From: Chiloscyllium plagiosum
Taxonomy: Eukaryota
Direction: 5' to 3'
DNA length: 50,327 bases
NCBI RefSeq assembly: GCF_004010195.1
Contig: NC_057757.1
Coordinates: 7,685,198 to 7,735,524 of the forward strand
Within the stretch, counting starts at the first letter, position 1. Each line of letters opens with the position of its first letter. The notes under the pieces are model-generated. The model was not told the origin of the DNA, ran no database searches, and saw only the letters and a program-made list of their open reading frames with translations. A program made the position numbers and the translations under genes. Below, piece after piece: positions 1 to 13,208 of this stretch.

Positions 1-412
1 TAAGGAAAGGCTGAGAAACTTGGGTCTGTTCCCATTGGAGAGAAGAAGGCTAAGAGGGGATTTGATAGAGACATACAAGATGATCAGAAGATTGGATAGG
101 GTAGACAGTTAAAGCCGTTTTCCTCAGACGATGACATCAGCTTGTACGGAGGGGCATAGCTACAAATTGAGGGGTGATAGGTTTAAGACTGATGTCAGAG
201 ACAGGTTCGTTGCTCAGAGAGTAGTAAGAGCGTGGAATGCCTTGCCTGCCAATGTACTTAACTCAGCCACGTTCGGAGGATTTATACAATCCTTGGATAA
301 GCACATGGATGATGATAGAACAGTGTTGGGGGATTGGCTTAGATTAGTTCACAGGTCAGTGCAACATCGAGGGCAAAAGGTATGTTCTGCACTGTACTGT
401 TCTATGTTCTAT
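1..412 (+). mobile_element. CR1-clade LINE 3' end (ORF2 C-terminus, 3' UTR, microsatellite tail)
   Basis: Translates KERLRNLGLFPLERRRLRGDLIETYKMIRRLDRVD and ...RDRFVAQRVVRAWNALP, typical of the CR1 ORF2 end. Finishes in a TCTATGTTCTATG tail. Confidence 0.92.
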
Positions 413-1200
413 GAACACTTACATCTTCCCCACTTCAGTAACCACACGCAGTCACTACAGCCCTCTTCATCTCTGAACCTCCTCCACCCACTTCATTCTT
501 CGCTATCTACGTAGACTCCTCCAGCCGCTCTACCCCTCCCCACCTCTGTGAACTTCATTCATCATCGATGGTTTTCCTGACCTCTGTCTTCTCCTCCAGC
601 CTCTTCACACTTCTCTATATCGCTGACATCCTCCAATATCTAAACCTATTCTTTTCTGCATAACCTCCACCAATGCATACATCTTCCAGTCCTCCACCCC
701 TGCTGATCTCTGTAATCTCCTGCAGTATCTTCAGTCCTTCCTATCACTGTGGCTTCCTTCATCACATATATCCTTCCATATCTCTGGAACCAACTCTCGC
801 AATTTGTGTTGCAGACGTTTCATCCCCTGTCTCGGTGACACGTCTAGGGGACGAAACATCTGCAACTCAAATTTCCAGCTCGGTGAACAGAACCACAACA
901 ACGAGCACCAGAGCTACAAATCTTCTCACAAACTTTGAACACCAACTGTAGCAATTACATGCTACCCTCTCGTTATAAACTTCACAAGCTCCTCCATTCC
1001 TCCCTGCCTTTGGAAACACTTACAGCCCCTCCAGCCTTCTCTAATTTTATAAAGTCTTCTAGCACATACACCCGTCCGTATCTCGGTAATCTATCTGTTT
1101 TATTGCAGCTTCCTCACATCTGTAACACCCTCCTGAACCTATACCTCCATATCACTATAACTTTATCTAACCCGAAGCTCCTCCATATCTCTGTGAACTT
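413..1200 (+). repeat. Degenerate C/T-rich ~37-bp minisatellite (copy 1 of the tandem duplication)
   Basis: Recurring CTCCAGCC..CTACA..CTCCCTATCTCTGTAA-like units. The period is clearer in the paralog at 4925-5480. Confidence 0.6.
805..940. mobile_element. Short Penelope-terminus-derived fold-back insertion with 16-bp TSD
   Basis: 28-bp inverted arms at 801-828 and 846-873 with 3 mismatches. TSD ACCAACTCTCGCAATT (789-804) / ACCAACTGTAGCAATT (941-956). The insertion is absent from the paralogous site at 5236-5251. Confidence 0.8.
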
Positions 1201-2479
1201 TTCACTGTATTCATTGACATGCATCCACAATCTTTGAGATGGCGAATACTAAATACTCTGAGACCCATAGAGGGATATAATTTCACATCATCTTAGTCCC
1301 AGATAAGTTGCCCCTTATCCTGAGATCCTGTCATCATGTTTTGGATTCCCAGATCAACAGAAATAATTTCTCAGCATCGGCCCTATAAAGCTCTTTCCAC
1401 TCAGAAGCTTTTGCTCCTCAAACAAATCACTTCTCCATTTCCTGAGACTCAAGAATATCGATTAAATCTATTCACAAATGCAGCAAGGGACACTCAGATG
1501 CAAAACAGTGAAATATTTGTGTATTATTCATTGATAGGTAACAGACATTGCTGGGTGGGCCATCATTTATTGCCCATACACTGTTGTTCTGGACAAGGTG
1601 GTTGTGTGCTGCCCACGCAGCAGGATTACCCACAATAATGCTAGGGAATGAAAGGCCGGCTATTCATCAAGTGACACCCGCGAGACTGAGATATATTTCC
1701 CAGTCAAGATGGTCATTGACTTTATGTGTAATTTGCAGGGTTAGTGTTTCCATAGATCAGTTGACCTTGCGACTTCAGATGATCAAGGCTTGAAAGGTGC
1801 TGTCGAATCAACTTTGATAAATGCCTGCAATGTATCTTGTAGCTGGAACACACTGCCTCCATTGAGGGTTGATATTGGAAGTAGTGAATGTTGTGGATGT
1901 CGTGGCAAACAGGCTGGACTACACATGTACCCTTTCTTATACATGGGCAGCACAGCTGTTCTTGATATGGTCTCAGCTACGTTTTGGCAATACGAATTCA
2001 ATTTGTTCCAATTAGTGACTCCATGTAATTTAATTGAACAATTATCTGCTGAAATGAGATTGTAATTGGATGCATGATCACCGTGCCATTGCAATGGGGA
2101 ACACAATACGATCAGGACAGGATGAGGTTGTTGAGCACCTTGCGCCTGTTCCACAATTTAAGGAGATTTGTTTCATACCTCATTTTAACTGCCTTTGGCC
2201 CAAATCTGTCACGACCCTTCCTTCGCAAAAGAGTTTCCATCTCAGGTATTCAAGTGTAAACAAAGAACGAAACAATACCAACCAAAACAGGTAACAAGAG
2301 GGATGTTGAGTGGTAACCTGAAACGTGCCAACTCAGTGCTGACTACAGAAGGCTGTAGAGGGACAATTTGAATGATGGGGTAATGTCCTTCACTCATTGC
2401 GTTTACTTCTGTTGCGATTAGTTTCTTCAACAAAGACAGTTTTTCAGCTTTTCAACTTAAGAAATAGATTGTGTTTGGC

Positions 2480-3200
2480 ATGTGTCAAGGAGGTTGCATA
2501 GTAAAAGTGGGAAATTGGGTGGAGGAAATAATGCTCATTTGAAGGGCCAATGACAACACTACGGGTCTCCTTCACTTGAACAAAACTATAATTATGAATG
2601 TACTCGGATGGATTAAGTATTCATGAAAAGACAGGAAACAGAGTGAAGAATTTACAGTTAATTTTTGTGTGGAAATATGTGCTGTGAGGAAGATGTAAAC
2701 ATTTATGAAAATTGAACGGGCCTCCACAGGGGAAGGGTCATTGCAAATGACATATGATGCAGAAACGTGAAGTTATCCACTTTATTGGAGAAATTAATAG
2801 ACATTATATTTCATAAATTGTAAAACGTTGAGAAGTACAGATATAAATAAAACCCAAAGTGTCCTTGTCTATACGCTGATGATGTCTAACTTACAGGTGC
2901 AGCAGGCTATTTGGTAAGACAGTGGAATGAGAACCTTTATTGTCAGAGGATGTAAGCACAAGGGGAGAGACGTCTTGCTTCAGTTGAATTGGAGCTTGGT
3001 CAGACTACACCCGGAGGACTCTGTGCAGTTTTGGTTCTTTCTCTCAGTAAAGATTTTATTGCCATAGAGAGAGGAAAAGGAAGGTTCAATAGGCTTCTAC
3101 CAAGGACAATGCTATCAAAGGTGTCCATGAGAAACTTGGCCTGTGTTCCCTGATGTTTCAAGGACTGAACATTATTTTCCTTGGAAGTTACAGAATACTG
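2480..3200 (+). mobile_element. Highly degenerate CR1 ORF2 (RT C-terminal) fragment
   Basis: Remnants of GTGAAGTTATCCACTTT and TTGGTCAGACTACACCCGGAGGACTCTGTGCAGTTTTGGT (LVRPHLEYCVQFW-like). Paralog at ~6810-7520. Confidence 0.7.
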
Positions 3201-3499
3201 ATTACATTCATGCTTCTAAATAATTTCTGGCTATTTGTGTACCATTTATAAATTCAGTTGTATTCCGAACTGTGTCTCACTCTAATGGGAGACAAGTTGT
3301 TGTTCTCTCAAACACAGGAATAGTAGCAGACTGGATACCATAAGGCAGAGGGACAGTAATATTTCCAGCAGCTCACCGAGTATGTTCTGCCTTTCAGTTC
3401 AACGATGTTTGTTCTGATAGTACTCAACTCCACTTTCCTGCACTTTCCCCGTCACCTATGATTCACTGACTCAATAAAAATATATCTCTCAGCCTTGAA

Positions 3500-4915
3500 G
3501 ATATTTTCAAAATCTTCTGTAATTGTTTCCCTCACTGATGTGAGACTTGGTCGTCTTTACTTCCGCTGTTTATTTCTATCGCAGTTTGTTGAAACGAAAT
3601 TAGATGCCGACCTCTCCATCGCACCTCCACTCTGTTCAAAAGCACAATAAATAAATAAAGCTCAGAGCTTGTTATTTTCTCCCTTTCCTTTCATATTCAT
3701 TTAAGATACAGCTCACAGATCTGGGGATTTGTCCAGTTTTTACGCTGCCAAAACTTCCAGTTCTTCCTTCCGGTCGCTATCAATCTGTTAAAAGGTTACA
3801 CAGTAACTCTCCCTGAATCCAGGAACTCCTTCGCCCAAGTGAAGACGGAAATGAAATACGTGTTTCACGTATTTTCTGGCTGTGTGCACAGTCTGCCTCC
3901 TTCATCCCTCCTATTCCCCGTTCTTTCCCTTGTTATCCTCTTCCCCCGATATGTGGATGGAATATCTTGGGTTTCTTACTAATCGTACTCGCTAATGTTT
4001 TATCACACCTCCTTTATTCTCTTCTACTGACTTCCTTAACTTCAGTGCTGCACTTTCTACATTCTTAGAGGGATTGCATTGACCTGCTCACTTTAAAGCT
4101 GCTTTAAGCTACTCTTTACTTTGTTATTCAGCTCTGAATATTTGTAGACGTCGGAGTGTCTCTGGGCTTGTTTTCATAAAGTTGATCTTAGATTGTAACA
4201 TATTGGGCCCATACTCTCACCAATTCCATTTTGAGCATGGACACTCCTCCCTAATCCACGCTATTCGACGACAGCGTTACCCAGAGTAAATGTCCCCAGA
4301 CTACTTTGGCCAGATCCTATTTTCTAATAAACTCCGTCTCCCCAATTCAAAAACGTTATATTTTGAAAACTTTTTTGCCTTTTCCTTAAGGAACTTAAAA
4401 TATATGATATTATGGTCATTGGTCCTAAGCTTCTCTCCCAATCCTGCCTCAAACATATGACTGGCTTCATTCTCCACAATATGACCCAGCAATGCACTAT
4501 CCCTTGTTGTATCTTCTACATGTTGATATGAGAAGCTCTCAGCATTAAATTTCAACATATTTGTCCAATCTAAAAAACACATGACTAACTCAAAAAAAGT
4601 TGGATATTGAAAAGCATAAATAGAATTACCCTCTATTGTTTTATACTCGACAGTGATTGGTTACACAATAGCTCCTGTACTTTCTTCTAACTGGGCGTCT
4701 TAATATGACCCTACCAATGTATCTGTCATCTTTGTATTCCAGTCTCTATCCACGAAGCCTCAATTTGAAGGCCCTTCCACAACATCATGCCTCTTTACTG
4801 CAGTAATTGACTCCTTAATTAATAAAACCAAATCATGTCCAGCCTATAGTTCCTGTACTACAGAATATTAAGTTGTCAATCCTGATCTGCTTCAACCATA
4901 TCTCTGATGGCAAAT
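3500..4915 (-). mobile_element. Highly degenerate CR1 ORF2 fragment (endonuclease to RT region)
   Basis: The minus-strand ORF 4301-4582 has TRDSALLG..GEKLRTNDHNIIYFK, resembling the APE C-terminal SDH motif. Paralog at ~7840-9120. Confidence 0.6.
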
Positions 4916-4918
4916 ATT

Positions 4919-7900
4919 TCACTCCATCCAAAACACACCTGCCTATCTCTGTACGCTCCTACAGACCCTACGCACCTCCCAATTTCTGTATCCTAGTCAA
5001 GACCCGACACATTTCCCAATCTCTGTATCATCCTCCAGCCCCTACAACTCTCCCTATCTCTGGAATCTCATCCAGCCACAACAACGCTCCCTATCTCTGT
5101 AATCTCCTCCAGTCACTACACACCTCACTTTCTCTCTAACATTTCTACCCCTCCACCCCAAATGATCTCCAGCATCTTCACCTCTTCCTGTAATTGAGGA
5201 TTCTTCCAGCACGTACGTTGCTCCACAGGACTGGAACCTACTCTCGAAATTAAATACCTCCCTATCACTATAAACACCTCAAGCTCCTCCAGTCCTCCCT
5301 ATTGTTGTAAACTCTTCCAGCACCTACAGCCTTCTCGAACATCCAGCCCATAAACCCATCACTATCCAGGCAATATTTGTGTCCTGTTATAGCTTCCCTA
5401 TATCTGTCACATTCTCCTGCACCTTACCTCCCTATTTCTGTAACCTCCTCTAACCCTGAGCTCCTCCATATCTCTGTGATCTTTATATTGTTTTCATTCA
5501 CAGTGCATCCACAATTCTTAAGATGGTGAATACTAAACACTCTAATACTCTTTGATTGAAATGATTTCACATCCTCTCAGACCCAAATAAATTGCCTGTT
5601 ATCCCGAGACTCTGTTATCGTGTTTTGGACTCCCTGAACTACAGAAATAATTTTTCAGCATCTGTCCAATCAAGCCATTGCAATTCAAAATCTTTTATAT
5701 TTCAATCAAATCACGAATCCATTTCCTGAAACTCAAGAATATAGACGAAATTTATTCTGAAAGTGAAACCCAAATTGCAATCTGTGAAATATTAGTGTAT
5801 TATTCAGTGACAGGTATCAGTCATTGCTGGCTGTGCCATCATTTATTACACATAGACTGTTGTTCTGGACAAGGTGGCGGTGCGCTGCCTTCCTGAGCAT
5901 TTGCAGTCAGTTTGGTGCACGGGCACCCACAATAATGTGAGGGAAAGAAAGCCAGGGTATTCATCAAGTGAAACCCATGGAATGGAGATGTATTCCCATG
6001 TCAGGACAGTCATTGATTTTATGTGTAACTTGCAGGGGGTGGTGTTTCCATGGATTTGTTGCCCTTGATATTGCAGATGGTCATGGATTGGAAGGTGCTG
6101 TCGAATGAACTGTGGTAAATATCTACGATGTATCTTGTTGGATACACTGCTTCCATTGAAAGTTGATGGTGGAGGCAGTAAGTGTTTTAGATTTGGTGGC
6201 AAACAAGGTGGACAGAAAATGCACCCTTCCTTATACATGGACAGCATAACATATCCAGGTATGTTCCTAGATTTCTTTAGCAATACAAATTCATTTTGTT
6301 ACAATCAGTGACTCCATATAATTTAATTAAACATTTATTTGATGAAATTAATTTGTAATTGGCTGCATGGTCACCATGCCATTGCAACATGGGACGCAAG
6401 ACGATAGGAATAGGATGAGGTTGTTGAACCCTTTGCGCCTGTTCCACAATTTAAGGACATTTGTTACGTAACTCAGTTTACCTGCCTTTGGTTCAAATCT
6501 GTCACAACCTTTCCTTTGCAAAAGGGTTTCTTTCTCAGGTATTAAGGTGTAAACAAAGAATTAAACAATACTAACCAAAACAGGGAACCAGACAGATGTC
6601 GGGTGGATAACCTGAAACGTGTCAACTCAATCTTGACTATAAAAGGCTGCTGAGGGTCAATTTGAATGCCGAGGTGATGTACTTCATTCATTGCCTTTTC
6701 TTCGGTTGAGAATATTTACTCAGAGGAGATTGTTCTCCAACAAAGACAGTTAGATTGTTTTTCACAGAATGGAATAAAATAAGTAGATTGTGTTCAGGAT
6801 GAGTCAGGGAGGAGACAGAGGAAAGGCAGGATATTGGGTGGAGGTAATGATGTGCATTTGAAGAGCCTGTGAATGCACAGTGGGGCCTCCTGCACCCTAA
6901 CAATTCTAGCATTATGAATCCACTCGATGGATTAATTATTAGTGAAAAGACAGTAAACAGAGTGTAGGACTTAGATGTAATTCTTGTGTAGGAATGTGTG
7001 CAATGAGGATGATGTAAAGATTTATGGAGATTGAACTGGCGTCCACATGGGCAAGATCCGTGCAAATAGCATCATGTGGAAACAGAAAGTTATCTAATTT
7101 TTTGGATAAATTGATGTGCAGTATAATTCTTAAATCTTAAAATATTGGAAAGTACAGTTTTAAATAAAATGTAAGTGTCCTTGTCTATAAGCTGCCGACT
7201 TCTAGCATACAGATGCAGCAATCTACTTGGAATGTCATTGGAATAGGAACCTTTATTGACCCAGATTTTCAGCACAGTAGGAGTGATGTCTTGCTTCAGC
7301 TGAGTAGGAGCTTGGCCAGATTGTACGTGAAAGACTATTTGCAATGTTGATTCTTTATCTCAGGAAATATATTATTGCCACAGAGAGATGGCAAGCAAGG
7401 TTCAATTGACTTCTTCCAAGGAACATTCTATCAAAGTGGGCCATGGCAAACTAGATCTGTGTTCCCTCGTGTTTCAAAGAATGAGACTACACTTCATTGA
7501 AAGTTATAAAATACTAATTGGATTCTTGCTTCAAACATATTCTGGCTATCGGTGTAGCATTTATAAATTCCTTGAATTAGTCACTTGCAATCTGAACTGA
7601 ATCTCAGAGAGAGACTGTTGTTCCTGCGAACACAGGGATAGTGGCAGACTGAATACCAGAAGGCATAGCAACAACAGTAGGCCCAGCAGCTCACCGAGTA
7701 TGCTCTGCCTTTCAGTTCAATGATGTTTGTACTGATAATCCTCAACTCCATTTTCGTCGTAACCATTGATTCATTTATTGATCAAAAATATGTCTCTCAC
7801 CCTTGAAGATACTTAATGATCCAGGCTCAATAGCTTTCAGAACTTTCTACAATTGTTTCCCTCTCACTGATATGAGACTTGGTAGTTTTAATTCTCTCGT

Positions 7901-9060
7901 TTGTTTCTAGCACACCTTGTTGAACCTACATTTGATTGCATCCTGTTCTATCGCAAATCCTCTGAGGCAAAAACACAGTAAGAAAAGAGGATCAGAACCT
8001 GTATTTTTTCCTTCTGTTCCCATATCAGTTAAGATGCAGCTCATCCAGATCTGGGGATGTGTCCACTCTTTTTATTCTGCGACTCTCCCCGATTCCAATA
8101 AGTCACTCTCTAAACTGAAGACTGATATGAAGGACATATTTAACATATTCTCTGGATCCATGCACGGGCTGCCTCCTTGATCCCTCATATCCCCATTCTT
8201 TGCCAAGTTACCACTTCCCCTAGTATAGCGATGGAACACCGCTGATGGTTTATCACACCCCATTTTTGCTTTTCTACAATTTCCTTAATTACAGTGATGC
8301 ACTTTCTATTTTCTTACAGGGATTCCATTGTTCTGATCACTTTACAGCTGCTTTAAACTTCTCTTTACTTTACTATTCTGCTCTCAATATTTGCAGATGT
8401 TCAAGGTCCTGTTGTCTCATTTTCCTTCATTGGATCTTAGAGTGTAAAATTTTGGGCCGATACTCTCATCAAATCTACTTTGAGCATGAACATCGCTCCC
8501 AACTCCACGCTGTTCGACTACAGTTTTACCCAGAATTAGCATTCCACCATTTCTGATTAGGAAGTGTGTGGAAGGATATGGGCCAGGTGCTTGCTAATGG
8601 GACTAGATTATGTTGGGTCCAGAAATAAACCATCCCTTGTTGTTTCTTCCACATGCTGATACAAGAAGCTATCAGCAATAAATTTCAACATATTTGTCCC
8701 CTCTTAAAAGCACGTGACTGCCCCAATAAATGTTGCATATTGAAAAGCATTAGTAGAATTACCCTCTTATTGTTTTTATACACTACAGCGATTGGTTACA
8801 CATTGGCTCATGTATTTTCTTCTAACTTGCGATGTTTAATATGTCCCTAGCAATTATCTGTCATCTTTTTATTCTAATCACTATCCTCGAAGCCTCAGTT
8901 GAAGGCCCGTCCAAGATATTGTCCCTATTTACAGCATTAATTGATTCCTTAATTAACAAAACAACTACATCTTCTGCTTATAGTTCCTATGCTACAGAAT
9001 ATAGAGTTGCCAATCCTGACCTCCTTCAACCACATCTCTAATGGCAGAACATGTCACAAT
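4919..9060 (+). repeat. Tandem segmental duplication, unit 2 (~4.15 kb)
   Basis: Same order of minisatellite and LINE fragments as unit 1, with many substitutions and indels (old duplication). Confidence 0.9.
4925..5480 (+). repeat. Degenerate 37-bp minisatellite (copy 2)
   Basis: Consecutive 37-nt units TCCAGCCCCTACAACTCTCCCTATCTCTGGAATCTCA and TCCAGCCACAACAACGCTCCCTATCTCTGTAATCTCC at 5034-5107. Confidence 0.75.
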
Positions 9061-9665
9061 TTCACGTGTCTACCTATTCCCTGACCACATCTGTCTGACA
9101 CGTAATAATCCTAGCACCAAGGCAAAGGACATTCAACCTGGAATATAATACCAGGAACAGTCTGTACCTCATCTGTACTTCATCGTTTCTTGTTTTTAAA
9201 TTGATGCATCAAATGCCACTTTCCTGAACTGAGCGAGCACCTCCACATGCCATGAGTTTCTGGTGATTAATTTCCCACTCAATGTGCAGGGGGACAGCCC
9301 TCAGTAATGGGCAAAGTTTATTAAGTCTCTCCGCAAGTGCATGTGCTCCCAGCGATGCTGCTGGAGTGTGCAGGGTACCGGCTTGTGCTGACCCTTTGTG
9401 AACAATAATCACTCTCCTTCTGGTAGTTCAAACCTGCCTCTCATCATGTGGAGTTTCTCGCAGAAAATGGTTGGTGTCTTCCTATACTTTCCATTCCATG
9501 ATCCTCAGGATATTGGGAATCGTACTTGCTCAGGAAGACAGCACCATAGGTAATCCTGAAATGGAAAGCAGTCAGTAAGTCGGTTGACCAGGCCATTATG
9601 GAGTAGACAAGCTCAGATGAAGCATAGACTGTTTCACCCAGGTTGTGGATTCTCATCAATTGGTA

Positions 9666-10165
9666 NNNNNNNNNNNNNNNNNNNNNNNNNNNNNNNNNNN
9701 NNNNNNNNNNNNNNNNNNNNNNNNNNNNNNNNNNNNNNNNNNNNNNNNNNNNNNNNNNNNNNNNNNNNNNNNNNNNNNNNNNNNNNNNNNNNNNNNNNNN
9801 NNNNNNNNNNNNNNNNNNNNNNNNNNNNNNNNNNNNNNNNNNNNNNNNNNNNNNNNNNNNNNNNNNNNNNNNNNNNNNNNNNNNNNNNNNNNNNNNNNNN
9901 NNNNNNNNNNNNNNNNNNNNNNNNNNNNNNNNNNNNNNNNNNNNNNNNNNNNNNNNNNNNNNNNNNNNNNNNNNNNNNNNNNNNNNNNNNNNNNNNNNNN
10001 NNNNNNNNNNNNNNNNNNNNNNNNNNNNNNNNNNNNNNNNNNNNNNNNNNNNNNNNNNNNNNNNNNNNNNNNNNNNNNNNNNNNNNNNNNNNNNNNNNNN
10101 NNNNNNNNNNNNNNNNNNNNNNNNNNNNNNNNNNNNNNNNNNNNNNNNNNNNNNNNNNNNNNNNN
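9666..10165. other. Assembly gap (N run)
   Basis: 500 N. Other gaps are 14148-14766, 17671-18257, 23114-23271, 28923-29422, 42748-42759 and 45144-45643. Confidence 1.
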
Positions 10166-10611
10166 TATTATTCCCTATTCTCGAAGAAATGAGTCAATCT
10201 TGTACCAAGCTGGTTGAATATCAGACAGATCAGGGAGTCAGGCATCATTCACCCCTAGAGGTACACTGACAAGGAAAGCCCAGACTTCAATCAGGTTTTT
10301 TCTTGTTTCTCACCAGCTATTCCTTAAGATACTGAAACTTGACTGTCCTCCAGTCCATTTCTGGAGTTCTTAATCCATGAACCTTCAACCTTCAGTAGGG
10401 CCAATGGTGAAATGCCACAGTGGGGGTGATACCTTCAAAAAGGAACTAACTTGCATCAGAGATGCTAAAATGGCTCAGTATATCTAATGCAAACTAAATT
10501 TATTTGACTTTTATCGAAAATATTAAACCTGTCTCACACAGGTTAATTAACCTGAGCATAAACAGACTCAGTGAACATGGCTTGGGCCTGGATGTGGTTA
10601 ACAGCACAATC

Positions 10612-11651
10612 TCATTGCTTTAGTTCGTTATGAACACGTCGGTGTCTCAGCAGGTTGAGAGAGTGAGCAAACCCTTCTTACACACGGAGCAGGTGATTGG
10701 CCTCTCCCTGGTGTGAAATCAGTGATGTTTGATGTCAGACGATTGACTGAACCTGGTCCTGCAGTGAGAGCCCCAGAAAGGTTTCTCATCATTGTGAACA
10801 TGTTGATGGAATATCAGTTCCCTGGAACCTTTAAAGCGCTTCCCACAGTCTGGACATTTAAAAGGCCTCGTCTCAATAAGAACTCACTGGCCTCCCAGTA
10901 GGGCAGAAGATTGAGTAAATACCTCCCTAAACACAGCGCAACGAAATGGTCTCACCCTTGTGTGAACTCACCGGTGATTTTGCACATAGGATATGGTACA
11001 GAATGCCTTCTCATTCGGCTCAGGGGAACAGTCTGAGTTTGCCGATATATCTGCAGCTGGATGACTGAATGAACGCCATGCCGCAGTCAGAGCAGGTTCT
11101 CAGCCTCTACCCAGTGTGATCTCGCTGGTGTGTAGTGAGTTGAAATGATTGTCTGAACTTAATGCCGCAGTGAGAACTCCTGAATTGTCTCTCCTCTGTT
11201 GAAATACGTCAATGGCACATCAGATGTCCAGAATTTCTATGGAATTTTCCACAGTCTTGTCATTTAAAAAGTTCTTTTACTGGGTGAACTCAATGGTCTA
11301 CCTGCAGTAGAGAAGACTGAGTGAATCCTTTCCCACACTTGGAGCAAATGAATGGTCTTTCCTCAGTGTGAGTGCATTGATGAATTTCCGGTTGAGGTGG
11401 GGACTTGAATCCTCCTTCACCGTCCTCATATTCCCATACTTTCTCCCCAGCGTGACTGTGATTATATCTTGACAGTTCAGATGATTTCATCCACACACAG
11501 GACAGGTGCACAGTTTCTCCTCACTTGGTGTTTTCTCCTTCCAAATTCAGAATTGAATAATATTCCAGTCATAAAATAAAAATCAATCTTTCCAATTCTA
11601 AAATGATACCTGGTTCTGTTTCCTTACCACAGACTGTCACCTTTACATATT
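10612..11651 (-). pseudogene. C2H2 (Kruppel-type) zinc-finger array pseudogene, roughly 11 decayed fingers
   Basis: Minus-strand [53 protein letters not shown] and HTRERPITCSVCKKG, with many stops and frameshifts. A polypyrimidine tract plus CTTCACAG acceptor ends at 11652. Confidence 0.9.
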
Positions 11652-11825
11652 CTGTGAAGCTAATTATAGAGAAGGAAAATGAGTGAGAGAAGACCACAAT
11701 CTGACTGAATGGTCATCACTGAGGTAAAAACAGGTAAAAGCAATGGCTGCAGATGCTGGAAACCAGATTCTGGATTAGTGGTGCTGGAAGAGCACAGCAG
11801 TTCAAGCAGCAGCCGAGGAGCAATA

Positions 11826-11862
11826 AAGTCGACGTTTCGGGGAAAAGCCCTTCATCAGGAAT
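11826..11862 (-). ncRNA. Minimal type-I hammerhead ribozyme motif in a PLE terminal repeat
   Basis: Minus strand reads ATTC-CTGATGA-AGGG-CTTTTC-CCC-GAAA-CG-TC-GAC: core CUGAUGA/GAAA, GUC triplet, palindromic ACGT in place of stem III. Confidence 0.65.
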
Positions 11863-12873
11863 ACAGGCAGAGAGCCTAAAGGGTGGAGAGATAAGTGAGA
11901 GGTGGGTGGAGGTGTGGAAAAAGTAGAACAGTACAATCAGTGAGTGGGGGAGGGGATGAAGGTGATAGGTCGGGGGGGGAGGATGGAGTGGACAGGTGGA
12001 AAAAGAAGATAGGCAGGTAGGACAAGTCATGGGGACAGTGCTGAACTGGAAGTTTGAAACTGGGGTGAGGTGGGGGAAGGGGAAATGAGGAACCTGTTGA
12101 AGTCCACATTGATGCCCTGGGGTTGAAGTGTCCCGAGGCAGAAGATGAGCCGTTCTTCCTCCAGGCGTCTGGTGGTGAGGGAGTGGCAGTGAAGGACGCC
12201 CAGGACCTCCATGTCCTCCGCAGAGTGGGAGGGAGAGTTGAAATGTTGGGCCACATGGCGGTGTGGTTGATTGGTGCGGGTGTCCCGTAGATGTTCCCTA
12301 AAGCGCTCTGCTATGAGGCGTCCAGTCTCCCCAATGTAGGGAGACCACATCGGGAGTAACAGATACAATAAATGATATTGGTGGATGTGCAGGTAAAACT
12401 TTGATGGATGTGGAAGGCTCCTTTAGGGCCTTGGATGGAGGTGAGGGAGGAGATGTGGGCAGAGGTTTTGCAATTCCTGCGGCGGCAGGGGATGTTGCCA
12501 GGATGGGAGGGTGGGTTGAAGGGGTCATGGTCCTGACCAGGTAGTCACGGAGGGAACGGTCTTTGTGGATGGGGGAAAGGAGTGGGGACGGAAATATATC
12601 CCTGGTGGTGGGGTCTGTTTGGAGATGACTGAAATATCGGCGGATGTTCCAAACTTCCAGCTCAGCACTGTCCCCATGACTTGTCCTATCTGCCTATTTT
12701 CTTTTCCGCCTATCCACTCCACGCTCCACATCCCGACATATCACCTTCATCCCCTCCCCCACTCACCTATTGTACTCTATGCTACTTTCTCCCCACCCCC
12801 ACCCTTCTCTGACTTATCTGTCCACCCTTCAGGCTCTCTGCCTGTATTCCTGATTAAGGGCTTTTTCCCGAAA

Positions 12874-13208
12874 GTGGGCAGCACGGTGGCACAGTGGTTA
12901 GCACTGCTGCCTCACAGTGTCAGAGACCCGTGTTCAATTCCCGCCTCAGGCGACTGACTGTGTGGAGTTTACACATTCTCCCCGAATCTGCGTCGGTTTC
13001 CTCCGGGTGCTCTGGTTTCCTCCCACAGTCCAAAGATGTGCAGATCAGGTGAATTGGCCATGCTAAATTGCCCGTAGTGTTAGGTAAGGGGTAAATGTAG
13101 GGGTATGGGTGGGTTGTGCTTCGGCGGGGCGGTGTGGACTTGTTGGGCCGAAGGGCCTGTTTCCTCACTGTAAGTAATCTAATCTAATCTAATCTAATCT
13201 AATCTAAT
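12874..13208 (+). mobile_element. HE1-type tRNA-derived V-SINE, full length and young
   Basis: A box TGGCACAGTGG, B box GTTCAATTCC, V-domain TGTGTGGAGTTT..TTCTCCCC..TTTCCTCCGGGTGCTC, (AATCT)n tail. CGAAA is duplicated at 12869-12873 and 13209-13213. Confidence 0.93.

Larger units (their letters stand above)
413..4918 (+). repeat. Tandem segmental duplication, unit 1 (~4.5 kb)
   Basis: Colinear with 4919-9060. Examples: 1177 GCTCCTCCATATCTCTGTGA vs 5460; 2190 TGCCTTTGGCCCAAATCTGTCAC vs 6483; 4861 CAGAATATTAAGTTGTCAATCCTGA vs 8995. The offset drifts from ~4290 to ~4135. Confidence 0.9.

Noticed and set aside
12027..12528. Intact autonomous Penelope or CR1 element anywhere in the window
   Set aside because: All copies are truncated, frameshifted or both. 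No PLE reverse-transcriptase core is present.
12874..12950. HE1 heads (also 30021, 31835, 34255, 49630) and 20300-20360 as tRNA genes
   Set aside because: They have A/B boxes only, no complete cloverleaf, and the HE1 heads continue into SINE bodies.
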